DNA of 13,442 nucleotides from a bacterium (lineage in GTDB: Bacteria; SAR324; NAC60-12). The stretch lies in NCBI GenBank assembly GCA_965233585.1, contig CBDDTI010000576.1, forward strand, positions 1 through 13,442, given 5' to 3'. Both the position numbers and the translations under genes were made by a program. The notes beneath the pieces are model-generated. The model searched no databases. It was given only the letters and a program-made list of their open reading frames with translations, and had not been told where the DNA came from. Position 1 is the stretch's first letter; every line of letters begins with the position of its first letter. Of the stretch, positions 7,444 through 13,442 are shown in pieces.

Positions 7444-7741
7444 ACAATTTATTTGAAAATAACGAATTATTGGTGAGATTTAATAAAGAAATATCTACTA
7501 AAGTTTGATTCGCAAAATTAAGCGCCTTTAAACCGTTATAAGTTAGTCCGTACATTAACCAAAGAAAAACGGAAGTAATAACAATAATTGATAAAATCAT
7601 CGCGCACAGACTACAACAATCGTTTCTTGAACAAAAATCAGGAGATTGCAAATCTTGATGAAACGTATCTTGGTCTACTTCTTCAAAACGGGATGTTTTA
7701 TCTTGGTCAGAATTTGACGTTCGGCGCAAAGAGACGCTCAT
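7436..7741 (-). CDS. Small single-pass membrane protein (101 aa), unknown function
   Basis: Polar N-terminus, Cys cluster (FCSRNDCCSLC), hydrophobic AMILSIIVITSVFLWLMYGL, then three N-x-S/T sequons (NQT, NLT, NNS). Its ATG overlaps the upstream stop (ATGA), and a poly(A) signal follows the stop. Confidence 0.7.
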   Translation of the reverse strand: MSVSLRRTSNSDQDKTSRFEEVDQDTFHQDLQSPDFCSRNDCCSLCAMILSIIVITSVFLWLMYGLTYNGLKALNFANQTLVDISLLNLTNNSLFSNKLFY

Positions 7742-8139
7742 ACTTCTACTACTTCTTCACGAATTGGATAATGTTCTAAACAGAAATCTTTACACAACAA
7801 TTTCATGCAAAATGACGCATAAAAATGGAAAACTTTCATTTCATTCGAAATTTCACGATGCCACCATAATTTGGTATCGGAGTCGCGTGAATTATTAAGT
7901 TTGCCAAGAAGTTTGTCTTTGATGCAAGCCCTGTACTGCACCAATTCACTGTCCAGAGATTCTAATGCTTCGTTGATTTTACGAAGATGCGCGCACATGC
8001 GACGCAAAGAATGATGCACAACGCGGTTCGGGTCGGAAGTATCATAAATACCGGTAACATCAGGACCGGTATATTCGTCTCCCCAGTCGGAATTGTGCGA
8101 CGATGATGATTTTGACTGCTTGTTGTCTTGACCACTCAT
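7738..8139 (-). CDS. Hypothetical protein (133 aa), probably helical/coiled-coil
   Basis: Open frame from ATG 8139 (MSGQDNKQ) with a Ser-rich N-terminus and an amphipathic stretch LRKINEALESLDSELVQY. Coupled by an ATGA overlap to the membrane protein gene. No family recognised. Confidence 0.6.
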   Translation of the reverse strand: MSGQDNKQSKSSSSHNSDWGDEYTGPDVTGIYDTSDPNRVVHHSLRRMCAHLRKINEALESLDSELVQYRACIKDKLLGKLNNSRDSDTKLWWHREISNEMKVFHFYASFCMKLLCKDFCLEHYPIREEVVEV

Positions 8140-8245
8140 GATGCACAACTGAAACAATATATTACACAGACATTTCTAATAAATATTAAAAGCGCGCTCG
8201 AACTTTCGAAGTGGTTTGTCACAATTTTAAAATTCTTGCACGTGA

Positions 8246-8940
8246 CTTGATAAATTAAAATCTAGCCAGCGTACAGGAATTTAAAAAGCATGACCAATGT
8301 TCTTGATAATGAAGTCTTGCGCTTGGGTGTGCTTCCGACGATGTAGATTGCTTCCAATCTTAAGGCATTTGTAGGGTTCAAATTATTTTTAAAAAATTTG
8401 AACGGTACACCTACCAAAAGAACGAGAAGCCGATGTTCACAATTAATGATGAAAACAATCACAAACGCATTCACCAATAAAATATTATAGCACAATTTAC
8501 TAATTATAAACACGTATTTGACGAAGTATTCGAAGTAACTTCTCATAGTTTATTGACCATAGAGTATTGCTTAATAAAATAAAAATTAAGCAAATAATCT
8601 ACAGTGAAAAAGCATGAGGGAGAATAATCTTCTTGATGACGATGATGTGGATTATTTACAATCTTAAGGCGTTTGTAAAACGCAAATAATGTATGGAAAA
8701 ATTTGAGCTTCACATACTGCCAAAAGAGTGTAAAGAACGGTATTCTTGATGGATGATGAAAACCACTCACAAATTAAATTAACATGTCGCATTTTATAAA
8801 ATCTTATTCGGCGGAGTATTTGAAGTGCCTTCTCATAATTTATCGGCCCTTGGGTAGAGCTTAATAAAATAATTCAGCAGCTACACAAAGGTCAAAAAAG
8901 CGTGAGAAAATGTTCTTGGCAATTAGGATGAAGATATTTC
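8246..8940. repeat. Diverged direct tandem repeat, ~290-325 bp unit, two copies plus part of a third
   Basis: Unit starts cttgataaattaaaa / cttaataaaataaaa / cttaataaaataatt at 8246, 8570 and 8860, each followed by aaaaagc(a/g)tga...aat(g/c)ttcttg. Shared blocks caatcttaaggc(a/g)tttgta at 8355/8659 and agtatt(c/t)gaagt..cttctcata.tttat at 8525/8815. Confidence 0.75.
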
Positions 8941-9779
8941 GCTGTTTATGATTTTCTAGTTTTTTGCATACAAAATAGACTGAGAAATTTCAAACTCACT
9001 CTAAAATGTACACAAGGACCAAAAAATCGTGAATAACAATCTTGACAACAAAAAAATAATGATTATAAATTAAAGTAGAATTGTAGATCGTTTGACGTTT
9101 TAAAGCGATTATGAGAAGTCTAAATGAATTTGTTAAAAATTTAAACCCGTCACATTCGCTAAAAACATGAAACGTTGTAATTTTCTGACTCGAGGATGTG
9201 TGTTTTGATGGGAGTTGATGGTTGATCATAATTTTATCGTTTGTTGGAGATCCGAATTATTTTCCGGGAACTTTCGGACCACCCAGCCAAACAATAAAAG
9301 CATGAAACCTAACAATTTTTTCTTTTATCACTTTTAAAATATTTGGTTGTTGCTTGCTCACAATGTTGTGGCATTCGTGAAAATCCAAAATAAATTGAAA
9401 ATTTGGAGATTTACAGGATTGCCACGAAATTGTAAGGTAAGTGCCGAATTTCTTGATACGTGTTGAATTTTGGATTGATTGAAATTGACTGTGAAATTTG
9501 TTACATCAATGTTGAGGAAAAGCATTTGGACACCCCTTCCCAACGTGATTAAAATTTGAGCTTAAATCTTTGCATACGGCGCGAGATGAAATTTAAAACG
9601 CGTTGGCGCGCGAGTTGCTTTAATTTTAAAGAAATAAAGTTTGGACATGAAAGAATATTTGAGGAACAGTCAAACCGTTTCAAACACGCGGAAATTGAAC
9701 GTTTTCCGTTCTCAGAACCTTTCTTCGCGCCCCCGAACTGATTCAAGACGTGGAAAGTGGAAAAAATTGAGATTGCAAA

Positions 9780-10090
9780 CGGCTTGCAACAGGCTCAATC
9801 GAGCCTGTAATCGGCTTGCAACAGGCCGATTGCAGACGAAAACAAGCCGATTACAGGCTCGATTGAGCCTGTTGCAAGCCGATTGCAGACGAAAACAAGC
9901 CGATTGCAGGCTCGATTGAGCCTGTTGCAAGCCGATTGCAGACGAAAACAAGCCGATTACAGGCTCGATTGAGGTTGTTGCAAGCCGATTGCAGACGAAA
10001 ACAAGCCGATTGCAGGCTCGATTGAGGTTGTTGCAAGCCGATTGCAGACGAAAACAAGCCGGTTGCAGACGATTACAAGCCGATTTCAGG
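9780..10090. repeat. 53-bp tandem array (4 full copies plus a partial) preceded by an inverted partial copy
   Basis: Unit gccgattgcagacgaaaacaagccgatt(a/g)caggctcgattgag(cc/gt)tgttgcaa starts at 9825, 9878, 9931, 9984 and 10037. 9780-9818 is the exact reverse complement of 9843-9881. Confidence 0.97.
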
Positions 10091-10186
10091 TTGAAACAAC
10101 CTTAATGTAGATGCCATCATTAAGGTGTTTTGAGAACGTTTTAAGGTGATTTTAGAGCGTAACAAGCTCGAATGAGAGTGATGTAG

Positions 10187-10645
10187 GGACATTACTCCAC
10201 AACAAAGGCCCAACGCCCTAGCCCCAACACCAGAGGTACCGGCACCTCAGAGAAGCGGCGATGCTTCTACTGCGACGGAGAAGGCCACATTCGCGACCGC
10301 TGTCCCACATCCCTCAACGATTACCTTTGACAGCAAACCCGGATGGGGAATCGCCGACCTCCACAGGCCCTCGGCAGGGCGCGACATCCGCTGCACCGAT
10401 CAGCGGCATCTGGCACCAAGAAGGTGAAGTTTGCCAAAGCTACCAACACTCTACCCATCGTGGCCGAGAGCTATGGGAAACCACACGTAGCTGCCCTCGA
10501 GGAGGATACGGGCGCATCCGGAGCTGAGGACGAACCCTGGAATGACGTGGACCTGACCACATACGATGAAGCTACCGTGGCTGCGCTGTATGAGGAACTT
10601 CAGGACATACCCGAGGATGAGCTGGATTTTCTGGAGGGACAGTAG
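10187..10645 (+). pseudogene. gag: gag C-terminal fragment with zinc knuckle
   Basis: Frame 2 reads RRCFYCDGEGHIRDRCP (C-x2-C-x4-H-x4-C, 10262-10303), has a premature TGA at 10328-10330, then continues in the same frame to the acidic tail ...ELDFLEGQ* (TAG 10643-10645). Confidence 0.85.
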
Positions 10646-10674
10646 ATGAAAAGGCCCTTCCCTGCTGTCCCTTC
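10624..10674 (+). promoter_or_regulatory. Putative programmed -1 ribosomal frameshift signal (gag-pol)
   Basis: G GAT TTT heptamer in gag register at 10624-10630. Stem gggacagtag (10636-10645) pairs with ctgctgtccc (10662-10671). The -1 frame is open from 10630 into the pol ORF annotated at 10777. Confidence 0.75.
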
Positions 10675-13442
10675 TCCAACAAGACCCGTCCACCTGAAAT
10701 AGAGTTCATCAACCCCACGCTATCAGTAGGCAATAATTCTCAACTCTTTACTGATAGTTATCCCTCTTTTACAGCCATGTGTCCGACCATTACTCCTGTG
10801 GCTGAGATAAATCTCCAGCCTGGCCGAGCACACGGATATAGCGCATACGTCCCCATTCGGTTAGGAAAGCTCGCGATCAACGCCTTCGTTGACAGCGGGA
10901 ATTCCTTCGCCAACGTTATCTCCCCACAGATGATGACCGCCCTTGGCATTAAGACTTCACAACTGGAGCCCATACACCAACTCTCCTTTGGCACTGCGGC
11001 TGCGGGCAAGAAAATGAAGGTACTAGGACAGGCCTCGCGACTCGAACTGCAATTTGGCCAACACCTGGCGAAATTCCGCATCCGACCCCTGGTGCTACAA
11101 GGATTGGTGCACCCTCTGAACCTGTGTGGGCCGTTCCTTCGACGTGTCGGGATAGATCAACTCCACTCCCGGGGCATTTGGCGGATCCACGGAATAGAAG
11201 TCCCGATGTTCTCCCCTCATCGCACAAAGTTGCTGCCGTCTTCTCCTGAGGTGTGCACCCTCCACTTGGCCACGCCCTCCACAGGTCAACAACATTATCA
11301 TCCATACGGGCCGTCGGTCGAAGCTCGATCTGGCCCCGAGGCGAGGAGGATTGAAGGAAGATCTTGCTGTGTCCTACCTGTACAACTGGAGCTGCCTCTT
11401 CCTGCGGGAGCCCTAGTGTTACTCCAGCCCACCGCGCGATCTCTCCTAGGCGATAACCCGGTTCTGCAGGAGGTCCGGGCCGATGGCAGCCTGGCCGTGT
11501 TGGTTGACAATCTAGAATGTGTAGATGTCGACCTAGAACCAGGTGCCCTTGTTGGATCTGTGCAAGATGTCACCACCACTCCGACCATGATCCACGCGGA
11601 TAACTCTCCCCCTCCGGAAGCCTCCACGCACGCCGAGTTTGATGCCCTTCCTCAAGATGAGAAGATCAAGTGGCTGGTGACACAATTTCGACTCGACGAG
11701 GCCCCAGTGCTACAAAGGGACCCCCGCCTGCGGAAGGAAGTCATCCGCACCCTACTCCAATTCTCCGACGTCATCTCGATCTGTGGGTATGGTAAGACTA
11801 ACCTTATCTCTCATCCGGGGATTACTCCAATCAAGATGAAGCACCGACCATTGAATCCTGTCATGGAAGAATCTCTACGACAACAGATTGATCGGTGGTT
11901 GGAACAGTGGGTGGTAGAGGAAGCAGACTCGCCGTGGTCTTTTCCTCTTGTCCCCGTTCCCAAGAAGAATAGCAAGGAGGTCCGCTGGGCTGTCGACCAC
12001 ATGAAGCTCAATGCCGTCACAAAGAAGGATGCCTTCCCGCTCCCCAATATCGCCGACAACCTGTCTCGCCTTGCCGGTAGCCACGTCTTCTCTGCTCTTG
12101 ATGGAGCCAGAGCCTTCCATGCCGTCCCTGTACGGTGCGCAGATTGGGAGAAAACGGCGTTCTCTTCCCCGTTTGGACAGTACCAGTTCGTTAGGATGCC
12201 CTTTGGCTTGGCCAACGCCCCCGACACTGACTCGAGGCTGGTCGCCAGAGCGTTGCACCATTTGCCTTCATCGGAAGTCCTTTGCTACCTGGACGACACG
12301 GCTGTCCACTCCAAGGATGCTTGGTCCTCCACAAAGTCTTGACAGCTTTCGGTGCCGCCGGCCTCCAAATCTCACCGGGAAAGGCCCAATTGTTCCGGGA
12401 TCACATCAAATACTTGGGACATGAGATCAGCACTCGCGGGATCAGCATTTCTCCGGAGTACACTTCCGTCATCAAAGATTGGCCGATCCCCGACACTCTG
12501 AAGATGCTAAGGGCCTTCTTGGGGAAATGCGGGTACTACCAGCGGTCCATTGAAGACTACGCCACCATCTCTGCGCCTCTCGTCCAATACACCCAGCAGG
12601 AACAGCATGAAGGGTCCCCCAGTTTCAATGAGAACCCTTCATCCTTGACACCGACTTTAGTCGCAGGATGGGCAGGAGCGAGTGATCGCCTATGGAGCAC
12701 GACTGCTTCTGCCAAGGGAGCAAAGTTATGCCTCAACCAAGGGAGAGCTACTTGCGGTAATCTTCTTCCTCTAGTACTATAAATATTACCTTTTACACAG
12801 GCCCTTTATTTTGCGTACTGACAACCTGGCACTCACCTGGATTCGCTCCTTGGAATCCCCAACCGGGATGATCCTGCGATGGTTGGAGATCCTCGCCAGC
12901 TTTGGTTTCACTGTCAAACACAGGAAGGGCACTCTACATGGAAACTCAGACTCCCTGTCCCGGGCACCTCACGCATCTTTCCCTTCCCGGGAAGAAGAAA
13001 AGGTCCTCGTGAGTGACGAGGCCACCGTCATCGCTGCCATACAAGCTCCCCCAGGATTCACTGCGGAAGAGATCAAGGATCACCTAAAGAGGGATGAGCA
13101 TCTTCAAGATGTTTAAAGGTGGAAGACAGAGCCGCCCTCCGAGACGGAGAAACAATTGCTGTCTCCTGACCAGAGAAGGCTCCTTGCATTCCTGCCTTCC
13201 CTGCATCAAGATCCTTCCTCCGGTCTCTGAAGTCTTCAGACCCAAAAAGAGGGAACCTTGAGTGAAGCGCCTCTACGTCCCCCACGCCCTGCGCCATCGG
13301 GTCATCGAAGCCGCTCATCTGTTTTTAGGACATGCTGGCATCAATGCCACTGCTCACTTCTGCCGGAAACGGGTCTACATGTTCTGGTTGGTACCGGAAG
13401 TCCATCGCATCCTCCACCAATGTCACGCATGTGAAGTGAAGA
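10630..13442 (+). pseudogene. pol: pol polyprotein (aspartic protease, RT, RNase H, start of integrase), disrupted
   Basis: AFVDSG (10891); SPWSFPLVPVPKK, KTAF, MPFGLANAP and YLDD (12286-12297); frameshift near 12325; YLGH and LRAFLGKCGYY; RNase H FILDTD, ERVIAYGAR, ELLAV, RTDN, DSLSR with in-frame TAG at 12772-12774; integrase zinc domain AAHLFLGHAG...CHAC (about 13310-13432). Confidence 0.95.

Larger units (their letters stand above)
1..8139. mobile_element. Maverick/Polinton (adintovirus-type) endogenous DNA virus, internal portion; continues left of the window, right boundary uncertain (may reach ~10180)
   Basis: Co-occurrence of rve integrase with chromodomain, adenain protease, hexon-like major capsid, penton-like minor capsid, pVII-like and pX-like small proteins. 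Genes are intronless with 0-56 nt gaps (one 4-nt overlap) and uniformly AT-rich. pPolB, ATPase and TIRs are not in the window. Confidence 0.95.
10187..13442 (+). mobile_element. Degenerate, 5'-truncated Ty3/Gypsy LTR retrotransposon (continues beyond the window)
   Basis: Abrupt shift to higher GC near 10185. gag CCHC is followed by domains in the order PR-RT-RNaseH-IN, which is the Ty3/Gypsy order. Multiple stops, frameshifts and deletions. No LTR or PBS seen. Confidence 0.95.

Noticed and set aside
340..7779. Short overlapping or antisense ORFs (340..615, 3192..3488, 3853..4062, 4214..4465, 4549..4749, 6568..6786, 7588..7779)
   Set aside because: They are shadows of well-supported genes, with no recognisable motifs.
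9410..9442. Possible 20-nt micro-exon (tttacag ... aag/gtaagt)
   Set aside because: The splice consensus is good, but no linked exons or reading frame could be identified, so it cannot be supported without transcripts.
8262..10057. Small ORFs in 8262-9746 and repeat-derived ORFs in 9641-10057
   Set aside because: No motifs, reading frames are not preserved between the duplicated units, and the latter are translations of a 53-bp (non-triplet) repeat.
9780..10090. CRISPR array
   Set aside because: The units are contiguous near-identical repeats with no unique spacers, there are no cas genes, and the context is eukaryotic.
10261..13318. Alternative-frame and antisense ORFs within the Gypsy element
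   Set aside because: Expected by chance in GC-richer coding DNA; the gag/pol frames explain the region.

Overview
The window has two parts. Bases 1 to about 8140 (possibly to about 10180) are an AT-rich, densely packed, apparently intronless section of an endogenous Maverick/Polinton (adintovirus-type) DNA virus. It encodes a small pX/'gasderminX'-like protein (3' end only), a C2H2-finger protein, an adenain-type maturation protease with a 1-nt frameshift near its 5' end, a double-jelly-roll major capsid protein, a pVII-like core protein, an rve integrase with chromodomain, a minor capsid (penton) protein made of two tandem modules, and two small accessory ORFs. The main surprise is an adjacent pair of intact genes for a divergent TATA-binding protein (TBP) and a TFIIB-like factor, lying between the capsid and core genes. 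This suggests a virus-encoded minimal preinitiation module that could recruit host RNA polymerase. A decayed ~300-bp triplication and a palindromic 53-bp tandem array follow. From about 10187 to the end lies a GC-richer, 5'-truncated, degenerate Ty3/Gypsy LTR retrotransposon (gag CCHC, intact-looking -1 frameshift signal, PR-RT-RNaseH-IN). pPolB, the packaging ATPase and terminal inverted repeats are not visible in the window. All family calls come from motif recognition by eye; no database searches were run.
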